A DNA stretch of 64,000 nt. Origin: a virus. Taxonomy: Duplodnaviria; Caudoviricetes. The translations under genes and the position numbers were made by a program. This document shows positions 22,058 to 31,466 of the stretch, piece by piece. Numbering within the stretch: position 1 is the first letter of the stretch; every line of letters starts with the position of its first letter. The DNA lies in the IMG/VR virus record IMGVR_UViG_3300021255_003843, positions 41,496 to 105,495 of that record, one strand, 5' to 3'. The notes under the pieces were generated by a model. That model searched no databases. It had not been told where the DNA came from and worked only from the letters and a program-made list of their open reading frames with translations.

Positions 22058-22294
22058 TTACATTTTGCCTTCGTAAATGGCAGTAACAATGTTACCTTCA
22101 TCAGGACGCGTCGCAGCATTATCCGCCAGCTTAGCCGCCACAAAAGGATTAGGCATATTCAATTCAGCCAACGCAATTGCTGCATTAAGGAATCGACCAT
22201 ACGAAGACTTCTTGTCTACGCCGCCTTTCAGATATTTAGCGTAATTGAAAACCATACGATCGTAATAATAGTATGCACTGTTCTGATTATCCAT
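22058..22294 (-). CDS. Hypothetical protein
   Basis: ORF with RBS AAGGAG. Confidence 0.55.
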   Translation of the reverse strand: MDNQNSAYYYYDRMVFNYAKYLKGGVDKKSSYGRFLNAAIALAELNMPNPFVAAKLADNAATRPDEGNIVTAIYEGKM

Positions 22295-22386
22295 AATGAA
22301 AACTCCTTTATAAAAAATATAAAGCCGCCAAGCTTTATTGTGCCTCGTCTGTCGCAGACGTACGGTAGCTCAGTAATGCGTTTGCA

Positions 22387-22716
22387 TCACTGAGCCCAAG
22401 ACAAATCTCCAAGATCTTCTACCTTCGACATGACATTGGCCTTGCCAAGCATGTCTACGAAGCTCTGATTCATCTTCTGCGGCTTTGACATCGGGTTAGC
22501 TTCCTGTATCATTTTCCAACTGTCCTTTGCAAACGCGTTACCAGCATAGTTTACTACTGCGTCGTAATTAACACGCTTGCCCAAAGCCGCCAGGACGCTG
22601 TCGAAAAACGGAATGCTCATATCGTTTATTTTATTCTCATTTGTTTCGCCAAGGTAAACCGCGATCATTGCCACGGCTTCGTCAAGGTTTAATGATTCGT
22701 TTCCTTGGCTGCCCGG
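22387..22716 (-). CDS. Tail assembly chaperone, C-terminal (GT-like) extension reached by -1 frameshift
   Basis: The -1 frame from A AAA AAC reads KPGSQGNESLNLDEAVAMIAVYL... without a stop into ORF 22387..22674. Confidence 0.75.
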   Translation of the reverse strand, partial: PGSQGNESLNLDEAVAMIAVYLGETNENKINDMSIPFFDSVLAALGKRVNYDAVVNYAGNAFAKDSWKMIQEANPMSKPQKMNQSFVDMLGKANVMSKVEDLGDLSWAQ

Positions 22717-23195
22717 TTTTTTGCCGCCTCTTCTTTCTCGTCTATTTTATTCAGACGTTTGAAGATGCTCAATATCCTTTCAATATCGCCGGTTGTCATT
22801 GTGTCATACAATCTGGTAACTAACTTGGCGTTGTCAAATACGGCGGTTAAGAAATCAAACACAACCTGATCACCGTCTCGTTCGGGATCTATAACGCCTT
22901 TATCCCACGCCAACACGTCAGTTAACGGATATATTTCTAAGATACGATAAGCGGCAGCTGTACGGTTCCGCTGATACTTTATTTTTGTCGGGTGTATCTC
23001 AATCGTTTCCCCGTTTATTGTAACACAGTTTTCAGGATTGACCTCAGCGGGAGGAGCTCTGTTTAATTCTGTCTCCTTCGGAATCTCCTTCTGTGTTGCG
23101 TTCTCTTTTGGAATTACCTTGCGCTTTTTGTTTGCTGGAGGCGCAGGTATTGTTTCTTGTTCTGATTCTGGAATAGGTTTATCTTCTATTGCCAT
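22689..23195 (-). CDS. Tail assembly chaperone (G-like)
   Basis: Between tail tube and TMP; slippery heptamer near the 3' end. Confidence 0.75.
   Translation of the reverse strand: MAIEDKPIPESEQETIPAPPANKKRKVIPKENATQKEIPKETELNRAPPAEVNPENCVTINGETIEIHPTKIKYQRNRTAAAYRILEIYPLTDVLAWDKGVIDPERDGDQVVFDFLTAVFDNAKLVTRLYDTMTTGDIERILSIFKRLNKIDEKEEAAKNRAAKETNH
22716..22722 (-). other. Programmed -1 frameshift site A AAA AAC
   Basis: In-frame X XXY YYZ heptamer (GCA AAA AAC) joining the two chaperone frames. Confidence 0.8.
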
Positions 23196-23217
23196 CTAAA
23201 CACCTTCTTACCTTCAA

Positions 23218-23258
23218 ATAAAAAAAGGGGGAGACTACCTAAATGGTAGTCTCCCCCG
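23218..23258 (-). terminator. Intrinsic terminator after tail tube gene
   Basis: GGGGGAGACTACC/GGTAGTCTCCCCC stem followed by a T-run on the minus strand. Confidence 0.75.
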
Positions 23259-23351
23259 CATACCTTTGCGTACGGCGTATCAACCGTCTATTAGACTACC
23301 TTCTGTTAAACCTTATAAGTCATCGCAATGATATTAAACTAATTCCTTTAA

Positions 23352-24128
23352 TTAGGCAGCGACATACGCCAGGCTGTAAGCCTTGCCATCGTCGCGCTTA
23401 GCGTCCATCGTCGCCCAGGTGACGGCGTTAGTAGCAGCACTCTTGTAGCTGGTATCGAAACCGGGCATCTGGGTTACACGGCAACGGAACACCTTCATGA
23501 TAACATAACCCTTGATAGAGGCATCGGTGCAATCCTCACCAGAATTGTACACAGGCCACTTGAACACGGCTTCACCGATAGCAGAGGTTGCGTTATCGAT
23601 CATAGCCACGTTAGCACCGGTCACGGTGTACTCGTAAGAAACTTCAACTTCGCCAGTAACGTCATCAGGCAGAGTAACCTCAGCACCGGACACAGCAAAA
23701 GTATCGGGATCGCCTTCCTTAGAGGCAGCACCGGCGGAAGTACCTTCGACAAGGCCAGCGATAGAAACGGTCTTTTCGATAGGAGTATGAGCCAGAGTGA
23801 TCTTGTGGGAAGCAGCGTCAGGAATCAGATGCTCTGTGGTGTAAGTAGTATAGGTCTCGTCGGCCTTGAAGTTCGCACCGTTCGCCAGAGCAAACAGCTC
23901 AGCGTTGAACTGACCAGAGGTCATAGAGATTTCCATGGTAGATTGACCAGGGAGATACGCCACGGGAAACAGAGACCAACCAGCGTTCACTTCGGTGTAC
24001 TGGACGTTAGGGGAAGCGTTGGCTTGGGTGATTTCGTCGAAATAGAAAATACGGCCATCGCAGCGCTTAAACCAAACGCGCGGAACGTCGGCAATATAAC
24101 CTTTATAAGCGGCAACATATGTGCTCAT
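23352..24128 (-). CDS. Major tail tube protein
   Basis: About 258 aa, beta-rich, optimised codons, located before the chaperones and followed by a terminator. Confidence 0.75.
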   Translation of the reverse strand: MSTYVAAYKGYIADVPRVWFKRCDGRIFYFDEITQANASPNVQYTEVNAGWSLFPVAYLPGQSTMEISMTSGQFNAELFALANGANFKADETYTTYTTEHLIPDAASHKITLAHTPIEKTVSIAGLVEGTSAGAASKEGDPDTFAVSGAEVTLPDDVTGEVEVSYEYTVTGANVAMIDNATSAIGEAVFKWPVYNSGEDCTDASIKGYVIMKVFRCRVTQMPGFDTSYKSAATNAVTWATMDAKRDDGKAYSLAYVAA

Positions 24129-24212
24129 ATGAAGCACCTCTTTCTTGAATGTTTTTATATTCTCACCTTAGATACCTCCTACGTACTAAGATGGAAATAT
24201 CAAACCAGCGGG

Positions 24213-24680
24213 TCAATATACCCGCATGAAGCTAAAGCTGATGCCATATCTCGTATACCCGATCGTACGGGTACCAAGCTCGCCTTCTGTAACGATCCTG
24301 AATTTATAACCTGTGCCGGCTATAAAATCATTTTTATTCAGAAGTTGATTGAGTCTGTCGGCAATCAGCACTGTACGATAAAGCAACCTGTCCCTATCTG
24401 CGTTATGCAGATGTTCTTTCTTGACATAGATGTCAAAGTTTAACAGGTTGCGTTTGACATCAGGCACACCAGTGTCATCATTATTGATGAATCCGTATAT
24501 AATACGAACCTTCTCGTTTTCAACGAGATCGTTTGTATAGCTGGCCCTGATAAAGTATTTGTCAATGAAGGTGATGATATCAGTACCTTCAGGCAACAGC
24601 ATAAGTTCTTTTAACCGTTCGTCAGCAAAAAAGACCTTGCGCAGAATAGTGTTCCATTCATTGACCCACGCCGAAGGCAT
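24213..24680 (-). CDS. Tail terminator/completion protein (putative)
   Basis: Size and position; LLNFDIYVK motif typical of tail completion proteins. Confidence 0.55.
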   Translation of the reverse strand: MPSAWVNEWNTILRKVFFADERLKELMLLPEGTDIITFIDKYFIRASYTNDLVENEKVRIIYGFINNDDTGVPDVKRNLLNFDIYVKKEHLHNADRDRLLYRTVLIADRLNQLLNKNDFIAGTGYKFRIVTEGELGTRTIGYTRYGISFSFMRVY

Positions 24681-24684
24681 AACA

Positions 24685-24945
24685 TCACGTCCTTCTCTTT
24701 AGTGCGTTTTGAAAATAAATATCTCGGGCTAAATGTTTGTACCAATCATTTAGATCCCCGAGATCGAAAGATATTTGAAACTCGCTGTTGCTTGTCTCTT
24801 CGACAGTAACCGAGATTTCTGAAAGGTCAATACCTTCCACCATTGCGTCATACTTAATAAGCGCATCGATTTCTTCCGCTTGTTCACTGACCTTCTGTCG
24901 AATCATCTGCATCATTTTGTCTTCAAGACTTCCGGCGTCAACCAT
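24685..24945 (-). CDS. Hypothetical neck protein
   Basis: Coupled ORF in the connector cluster. Confidence 0.5.
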   Translation of the reverse strand: MVDAGSLEDKMMQMIRQKVSEQAEEIDALIKYDAMVEGIDLSEISVTVEETSNSEFQISFDLGDLNDWYKHLARDIYFQNALKRRT

Positions 24946-25667
24946 TACTCGATACCTCCAGCAGCCTTCTTAGCTTGCAGAGTGATGCAGCCAAACTTGT
25001 CATCGATACCGAGGCCGATGCGGTTCACGTCAACGATTTCATAATACTCATTACCCCAGAGAAATCTGTCGCCGATGCGTATGTTCTTGGATTGTTCGTT
25101 ATACTGAACCGTCATAAGCGTCAAAGCGTTCGGCGTAACACCTGGCGTTGCAGCAATAGCAGAGTATTCCGGCCTGCCGTCATAACGGTAAGCGTTCGAC
25201 GGCAGGCGGTCGACAATCTTCTTCCAGCCTTCTTCTTGAATTAGATAACCATCCGCATCTGTAAGCTCATGCACAAATCTCTCGACCGTCAGATACATGT
25301 TGCAACGTAAAGCCCGCGAAGGCAGATTGTTACTTTGTTTGTGTACTTCCCAGTCAAGAATATAGATGATGTTATTTTCGTCAATGAGGATATCGCCTTT
25401 CGTCACGCCGCTATTAATATCGCAACGGATATTCATATTGTTATCCGTATTTGTGTAGCGGCTTTTAGACGTGTCCGGATACAGCTCTCCACGGACAATC
25501 GTTTCCTTATATCCATCTTCAAATTGATCGTACCAATTATGGTACAGTTTGAAGTTCATAACAGTGTTCGGGATATCGTTATCTAAGAACTCGGTGAAAT
25601 CAGAAGCCAGCGTCGGCGGGACATAAAAGCGTCTGTTTGTACCAGACGGCACATACGGCTTAGACAT
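24945..25667 (-). CDS. Head-tail adaptor/closure protein (putative)
   Basis: Position; two beta-barrel-like halves (KGDILID, IRIGDRFLWG). Confidence 0.55.
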   Translation of the reverse strand: MSKPYVPSGTNRRFYVPPTLASDFTEFLDNDIPNTVMNFKLYHNWYDQFEDGYKETIVRGELYPDTSKSRYTNTDNNMNIRCDINSGVTKGDILIDENNIIYILDWEVHKQSNNLPSRALRCNMYLTVERFVHELTDADGYLIQEEGWKKIVDRLPSNAYRYDGRPEYSAIAATPGVTPNALTLMTVQYNEQSKNIRIGDRFLWGNEYYEIVDVNRIGLGIDDKFGCITLQAKKAAGGIE

Positions 25668-25679
25668 AAACAGCCCTCC

Positions 25680-26024
25680 TTACTTCGAGGCGCTGTCAAT
25701 CATTTCCGCTATCACTTCTGAAAGCTTCATGTCTGCACAAGACACGCCTTTATAGTGTAAAGTTTTAGGAAGCCGCGCAATTGAGTTAGCAACATCAAGC
25801 AGTTTATGCCGAATCTTATTAAAGCCCTGTATAGACTCTTCGCTCCACTCGCTCTTCTGCTTTCCTTCCTCAAACTTATAATATGCGTCCTCTACATCGA
25901 GGATGAGCCGCTTGATTTCTAACTCAAGCATATTCGTATATTCAAAAAACGTATATGTCTTTTGATTGATGTGTTCCATATTCTTATTGAGATAATCAAT
26001 AAGAACAGTAAAGTCCTTGTTCAT
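25680..26024 (-). CDS. Hypothetical protein
   Basis: ORF with RBS in the operon. Confidence 0.55.
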   Translation of the reverse strand: MNKDFTVLIDYLNKNMEHINQKTYTFFEYTNMLELEIKRLILDVEDAYYKFEEGKQKSEWSEESIQGFNKIRHKLLDVANSIARLPKTLHYKGVSCADMKLSEVIAEMIDSASK

Positions 26025-26054
26025 TTACCTTTACCTCTATCCTTATAATGGTCG

Positions 26055-27104
26055 TTAACGGCCGTAGATTTTAATCTTCGTGTTTTTGCCAAAGTTGTTG
26101 GTGTTATAAGAAAGAACGATACGATTGACAACAGCAGGCGGATTGTCAGAACCATTCCAGTTGCTATAAGCAAGCTGACCAACGGCAGTGCCGACACCGC
26201 TCGCTGTTTCGTACCTTGCAGTTTTCACTCGCGTTTCTACAAGCCAACGATTCGGCGCGATCTGTTTAGCATAGATGTCGCCATACGTAATGCGGTCAGT
26301 GTATATAGAATGGTTGGCACTGATTAAGACATTTGTTGCGCTGTCGGATGAACCTATTGAAACATTGAAACGGCTCGCTTTATCAGTCGCCGCAGGTTCA
26401 AAATTTGTTTCAATATAGAAACCGCTTGCGATATTCAGAGGCTTGCCAGTGCTGTCTTGACTAATAATAATAGACGACACATCTTCTGTCAGAGTGATCT
26501 CATTCAGCAGCGGCATCGGAGTGTCACCGTCTCCAGTGATAATTGTATCTCCGCCGCCGGAAGACACAGTGGTCCAGTAGTTGACACCTTGACCGTTTGT
26601 TGCAAGAACTTGTCCGGCAATACCGGGACGAGCCGGCGCGTCAAGCTTGCCGCTGATGTCGATCGTAGAGCCGGATCCATCCGTGTGCACTTCGGGCGCA
26701 TACAGTGTCTGCGTATTGTTGCCGACCTTAATCGTAGCAATACGAGTACCGCTCGTCTGTACAGGCGTCACGGTAACAGTTTCAGAGTTCGGCGCAAAGA
26801 TAGACTTGGTTTCACTGCCGATCTTGATGTTCGCAATACGAGTACCACTATCAACCAGAGTAGTTACAGTTACTTTCTCAGCTTCAGGAATTTCAACAGC
26901 CGGCGCATAAAGCGGAGTGCGCTTTGTGCCAACCGTAACGCCGCCGATTTCAGTACCGGACTTAACGACCTGGTCGACCTTAATAGTAGCGACGTTGCCT
27001 TCTTCATCTTTGCCGATGCCGCTATCTTCGATCTCGTCAAGACGTTGCTTCAACTGCAGCATATATAACGCTGATGCGTTATCGTCTACGATAATTCTTT
27101 CCAT
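26055..27104 (-). CDS. Fiber/decoration-like protein with three tandem ~30-aa repeats
   Basis: Repeats V.V...SGT.I..I.VG.....LYAP x3, then GQVLATNGQG fiber motif. Confidence 0.6.
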   Translation of the reverse strand: MERIIVDDNASALYMLQLKQRLDEIEDSGIGKDEEGNVATIKVDQVVKSGTEIGGVTVGTKRTPLYAPAVEIPEAEKVTVTTLVDSGTRIANIKIGSETKSIFAPNSETVTVTPVQTSGTRIATIKVGNNTQTLYAPEVHTDGSGSTIDISGKLDAPARPGIAGQVLATNGQGVNYWTTVSSGGGDTIITGDGDTPMPLLNEITLTEDVSSIIISQDSTGKPLNIASGFYIETNFEPAATDKASRFNVSIGSSDSATNVLISANHSIYTDRITYGDIYAKQIAPNRWLVETRVKTARYETASGVGTAVGQLAYSNWNGSDNPPAVVNRIVLSYNTNNFGKNTKIKIYGR

Positions 27105-27118
27105 AAGAATTCCACCTT

Positions 27119-27556
27119 TCAGTTTGTTAAACAGGCAAACCTGCTCATTTTAAAAAAGACAATTCTCCGCTCGTTTTCAAGCTGACCAATCGTATCCTGC
27201 AAATGAGCATAAGGTTTATCCGCAGACGTAACGGTCAGAGCGTCCGTGCTGTAACTGACAATGTTATTAACGTCAGATTGCACTCTTTTGAAAAAGTTAA
27301 TTTTTGCGACGAGCAATATATACTTCTCTTCGTCTATTTCAAAATCATAATTAAAAACGTCTTCACCGTATTCGTTCTTTGTCAGATACTCTTTCTTATA
27401 TTCGAAGGTTCGACCTGTATCTATGAACAGCGTTTTTATCGCGCTGATAATAAAGCGCTGGTAATCATAGTCCGTCAATATTTCCGGCGTCCTTTGCCAT
27501 GCCGTTGCTTCCTTCAGCTCGTCGATAAAATCAGATAATAGTGTCACAAGCCTCAC
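27119..27556 (-). CDS. Head-tail connector protein (putative)
   Basis: Helical 145-aa ORF shortly downstream of the capsid gene. Confidence 0.5.
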   Translation of the reverse strand: MRLVTLLSDFIDELKEATAWQRTPEILTDYDYQRFIISAIKTLFIDTGRTFEYKKEYLTKNEYGEDVFNYDFEIDEEKYILLVAKINFFKRVQSDVNNIVSYSTDALTVTSADKPYAHLQDTIGQLENERRIVFFKMSRFACLTN

Positions 27557-27568
27557 CTCCTGTTTCGG

Positions 27569-28012
27569 TTAGCCCTCTAGCCAATCCTTATTCGGTATCT
27601 TATTATTCAGGATCTTCAGCTTGCTGGCGGGCAGATCCATACCCATTGCCACTTTATAAATAGCATGCAGCTCTTCGGGATCGGAAATAGAATCAAGCCA
27701 TTCTTCAACCTTGCGAGCAGGTCCCTTGAGCGCAGCAGTGATTTCAGCGTCATTCAGATGCTTCTCGGCATCAGGATCTTCATAGATCAAAAACTTTTCG
27801 AGAGGAACGTCGTTGCCCTGATCATCGACAGGGACAAGCATCTTCTGAGAAAAGAACTTCTTGTTAGCGCAGAGCCCTTCGATAGAAGCGATTTCGTCAG
27901 AAGTAAGCATAACAAAATTACCCGTCTTAACATTGACGGACTGGTTGTTCGGCTTCATTACGCCGATATCATATTTGCAACGATTATATACACGATAATA
28001 TTCTTGCGTCAT
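27569..28012 (-). CDS. Hypothetical protein after capsid
   Basis: ORF with RBS. Confidence 0.55.
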   Translation of the reverse strand: MTQEYYRVYNRCKYDIGVMKPNNQSVNVKTGNFVMLTSDEIASIEGLCANKKFFSQKMLVPVDDQGNDVPLEKFLIYEDPDAEKHLNDAEITAALKGPARKVEEWLDSISDPEELHAIYKVAMGMDLPASKLKILNNKIPNKDWLEG

Positions 28013-28072
28013 AACCTTATCCCTTTCTTGATAAGCGGAGCTGCCGCATCAAAGCGGCAGCTCCGCGCTTTA

Positions 28073-29077
28073 TTAGTTGATCTTATAAGCGCCGATCGTG
28101 GGCACCTTGCCAACCACGAAGCCCGCACCGAACCACTGGTCCAGACGGATTTCGTAAACTAGGTCGTCAATATTCTGGGACTCGAACGCCTGCACAGTGC
28201 CTTCGTTCACAACCTTCAGGTTGCGCATATCAGCAGAGATGCTGCCGGGCAGCAGGTACAGGTAATCGATCGCCAGGGTCGGGGTCACGCCATCATCCTG
28301 CAGACTGTTCTGCATCTGGATAACGTCGCAGCCATTGTAACGGCCAAGCAGACCGTTGTCGTTATACTCGTCGATCATCTTATCGGACGGATTCACGATC
28401 ATCGCGCCGCCAGCATAAGAAGCCATGCCGGTGATGCCAGCCAGCTGACCAACAGCAGCGGCGTCGCCGAGAATGGTCACACGGCCAAGACGCTTGAAGT
28501 GAGCCAGCTGCTCGTCGAGAGTAGCCTTCACAATACCAGTGCCGGTCGCATAGAACGGCTTCTGGTAATCATCGATCGCGTTGTGCAGCACGTTTTCGAT
28601 GTGCTTCAGCTTCATGTTGGTCATTTCGCGGTTCGCTTCGCGAACGAGATCGGGCATATTCACACGGCCAGTGCGCAGGTCGAGGATATTGATGGCCGGA
28701 CGAGCGGAAATCTCCATGGTCTCCAGCATGACCTGACGATCAGCCACGTAGCTGCGCGGCGTGGTAGAACCCTTGGCCTGGATAACGGCCTTAATATTGC
28801 CGGTCTTCACATTAAACGCGGCCTTGTCGCCGTAACCAATGTTCTTGATATCAGCAACGTTGTTCAGGAAATCCAGTTCACCCTGCTGCAGTTCGTTCAC
28901 GGTAAACGCGATCGTCTGCGCCAGCTGGTGACGGTTAGTGGGATTAGGATCTTTTACGAGCTCAGAAATAATCTGGTTCGCTTCGTCGATCTGAGCGCCA
29001 TCAACACGCTCGTTGCGGGCCTGCGCGGCCAGCACCTTTACAAACCCAGAGTTGGGCTTAACAATAATTTCACTCAT
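28073..29077 (-). CDS. Major capsid protein (HK97 fold)
   Basis: 334 aa, highly biased codons, LGRYNGCDVIQM motif, after protease/decoration genes, followed by terminator hairpin. Confidence 0.8.
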   Translation of the reverse strand: MSEIIVKPNSGFVKVLAAQARNERVDGAQIDEANQIISELVKDPNPTNRHQLAQTIAFTVNELQQGELDFLNNVADIKNIGYGDKAAFNVKTGNIKAVIQAKGSTTPRSYVADRQVMLETMEISARPAINILDLRTGRVNMPDLVREANREMTNMKLKHIENVLHNAIDDYQKPFYATGTGIVKATLDEQLAHFKRLGRVTILGDAAAVGQLAGITGMASYAGGAMIVNPSDKMIDEYNDNGLLGRYNGCDVIQMQNSLQDDGVTPTLAIDYLYLLPGSISADMRNLKVVNEGTVQAFESQNIDDLVYEIRLDQWFGAGFVVGKVPTIGAYKIN

Positions 29078-29099
29078 AGTCTTTCACCTCTCAGCCTTA

Positions 29100-29534
29100 T
29101 TAACCGATCGTGCCGTCGGCCTTGACGGTGTACTCGGTACCAGCCACAGGGGTGCCAGTAACCTTGTCGGTCACAAACTCTTCGCCGACCAGCAGCGGAT
29201 GAGCACGCAGATACGCGTCGGCCTTAGTGGCATAAGCGCGGGTGTCATACTCCTGCTCGCCGCCAACGTTCAGCTCAAAGCCGTTCTCGACGAGATACAG
29301 GGGATCACCGATCGCCTTCACGATAAAACGATAGACGGGAACGCCACCATAGATAGAAGTAGCTTCCTTGCAAATAAACTTAGTAGCAGCATTAGCCGCC
29401 GGCAGTACAAACTTGCCAGCGTCAGAGCCGGTGCCAACCGCAACCAGCGCGCCGTTCTCAATGGCAGCGCCAGTGCCGTTTGTGAGTTCACCCTCATAAA
29501 CGTAGCCCTGAAGCTTCGTCATGTAACCAGCCAT
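29100..29534 (-). CDS. Capsid decoration/cement protein
   Basis: Small Gly/Ala-rich protein (IENGALVAVG) directly upstream of the MCP. Confidence 0.6.
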   Translation of the reverse strand: MAGYMTKLQGYVYEGELTNGTGAAIENGALVAVGTGSDAGKFVLPAANAATKFICKEATSIYGGVPVYRFIVKAIGDPLYLVENGFELNVGGEQEYDTRAYATKADAYLRAHPLLVGEEFVTDKVTGTPVAGTEYTVKADGTIG

Positions 29535-29600
29535 GATTTATCCCTCCAAATACAGAAAGCCGCCGGTTAAGCCCGGCGGCGCTTTTGTTTTATTTTATTC

Positions 29601-30749
29601 TCACACGGGGTCGAGCAGCGAGTAATGCTCCCGGCTCACATGTTCCTGCTCATCAAGCAGGGTATATTTCTTAGGCTGATTAATTTCAGCCATAAAAGGA
29701 TTGACACTCTCAGAGAGCTTCTTCTCCTGCTCGGCAAAAAGCTTACGGATATCTTCGACACTCGTCTGCATTTCAGCCAGTTCCTTGCGGAGTTCGGCAA
29801 TAGCATTCTGAAGGGACGCAACTTCCTTATCTTCTTCGTCCTCTTCTTTCTCTTCTTCTTCGGTCTGTTCAGCAACCTGCTCTTCAGCGGTCGCCTTTTC
29901 TTCCTCCGCAGTAGTGCGCGTAGTCGTCTCAACTACAACACGCTGCTCTGCGGAATCACCAGTATCAGTGTCATACGCGCAAGTTTCATTAATTTCAGTG
30001 TGAGTTTCTGTCACATAAACTTCAGCGTTTTCCTTATTCTCTTCAGCCTGAACGTTTTCTTCGGGCTTTACCTCGGCAGTTTCCTGCTGAGTTTCATTTT
30101 CCGCCGCCGTCTTAACTTCTGTCTCGGCGACGACAGTTTCTTCGTTCGGCATATGTTCTGCCTCCTTCGTTAGATCTTTGTTACAGGCTTCAATCTCAGC
30201 CACGAGCTGCAACGCCACAGCTTCAGGACACGCAGGGAAAGACACAACGCACATACCTTCGAGGTAGTTGCCTTCAGCCTTGTCAATAAGAATCGTCTTA
30301 TCTTCAAGCTCTTCGTAACTGCCGCAATTAATTTCAAAGCTGAACTTCAAAGCGCCTTCAGCAAATAACTCGCTGATCGCCTTGCATACAGCTTTATTGC
30401 GTTTAAGAATTCTCGCGTATCCAACAAGAGCTTCGCTTCCGTCTTCGTTGGCGACAACTTCAAACTTATAGAAGCTGCCGATCATCGAGGTAGAAAACGT
30501 TCCGGTCACAGCGTTGTAACAATGACCAAGCTTTTCGTATTGACCATTTGCCAAATTTTTTACATCTGCGCAAAGAGGCAGGCCAATATACTTTTCCTGA
30601 TTCTCTACGATCTCACTAAGGAAATCGTGTGTGCAGCGCACGCCGTTCAGGTTCGCTTCAGGAACTGTGAACAGCGTAGCTTTTACTGTCATATACAAAT
30701 CAGAACTTTGCAGCTCGGAGGCAGATGCAATAAAAGTCTTAATGAGCAT
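29601..30749 (-). CDS. Prohead protease with acidic/coiled-coil scaffold C-terminus
   Basis: ANLNG, FSFEI and CVVSFPACPEA motifs; Glu-rich tail. Confidence 0.75.
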   Translation of the reverse strand: MLIKTFIASASELQSSDLYMTVKATLFTVPEANLNGVRCTHDFLSEIVENQEKYIGLPLCADVKNLANGQYEKLGHCYNAVTGTFSTSMIGSFYKFEVVANEDGSEALVGYARILKRNKAVCKAISELFAEGALKFSFEINCGSYEELEDKTILIDKAEGNYLEGMCVVSFPACPEAVALQLVAEIEACNKDLTKEAEHMPNEETVVAETEVKTAAENETQQETAEVKPEENVQAEENKENAEVYVTETHTEINETCAYDTDTGDSAEQRVVVETTTRTTAEEEKATAEEQVAEQTEEEEKEEDEEDKEVASLQNAIAELRKELAEMQTSVEDIRKLFAEQEKKLSESVNPFMAEINQPKKYTLLDEQEHVSREHYSLLDPV

Positions 30750-30880
30750 ATTGCATTTCTCCTTTATGCTTACACATACAGCAGTAGGAGGATACTCTAT
30801 GTGTTTGCACAGATATATACAAAGACACCGTCATTTTCAGACGGCGTCGATGTAACAAATATTATACAGTTTTCGTGACA

Positions 30881-31282
30881 TCAAGACACTTCTTCCCAGC
30901 CATACACGCCAGGTTCCCATGAGTTGTTGTCAGCAATGCATATCCAAATCTTGCCATTGTGCGCGACCTTGTCGCCCTTCTGGTATGTGTTTGTGCTGTC
31001 AGGCTGTTCCCATTCATGGATTACGTCAGGATCCGGTATAAGAACTTTAGCAAACAAAGACGGAGCTTCCGGAGGAGTCCATGAAGACTGAGACGTGTGC
31101 GCCTGAAGCACCTTATACAGAATGCCATCATAACGTACACGTTCACCTACTTCTTTGTATTCATGATTATTCTTCCAACTCGGATATAACTGTATCGCAT
31201 CTAAAGCTTCCTCGTCTGTTAAAGACGTGGCAGCTTTTTCGATATATCCGCGCAGCTTCTGCGCTAATTCAACAAGCGTCAT
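30881..31282 (-). CDS. Carbohydrate-binding (CBM5/12, ChiC-like) domain protein
   Basis: Two W...Y..GD.V.(Y/H).G..(Y/W) repeats; QAHTSQSSWTP and WEPGVYGWE. Confidence 0.75.
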   Translation of the reverse strand: MTLVELAQKLRGYIEKAATSLTDEEALDAIQLYPSWKNNHEYKEVGERVRYDGILYKVLQAHTSQSSWTPPEAPSLFAKVLIPDPDVIHEWEQPDSTNTYQKGDKVAHNGKIWICIADNNSWEPGVYGWEEVS

Positions 31283-31443
31283 TCACTCACCCCCAAAAGG
31301 ATGCGCGTAGCTTCTAACTCTTGCTCCAATTCCGCAATGCGATCTTCTAATGTCTTCACGTCGTCGGGTTCGACGATCGCTTCAGCTGCTGCAATCTCAG
31401 CCTCTGTCGCGTCGCGATATGCGCCGTTATCATATATCCTCAT
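31279..31443 (-). CDS. Small coiled-coil protein (54 aa)
   Basis: Read manually: MRIYDNGAYRDATEAEIAAA...LEDRIAELEQELEATRILLGVSE; RBS GAGGTG; ATGA overlap with next gene. Confidence 0.65.
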   Translation of the reverse strand: MRIYDNGAYRDATEAEIAAAEAIVEPDDVKTLEDRIAELEQELEATRILLGVSE

Positions 31444-31466
31444 ATGTAACACCTCGTATATTTATT

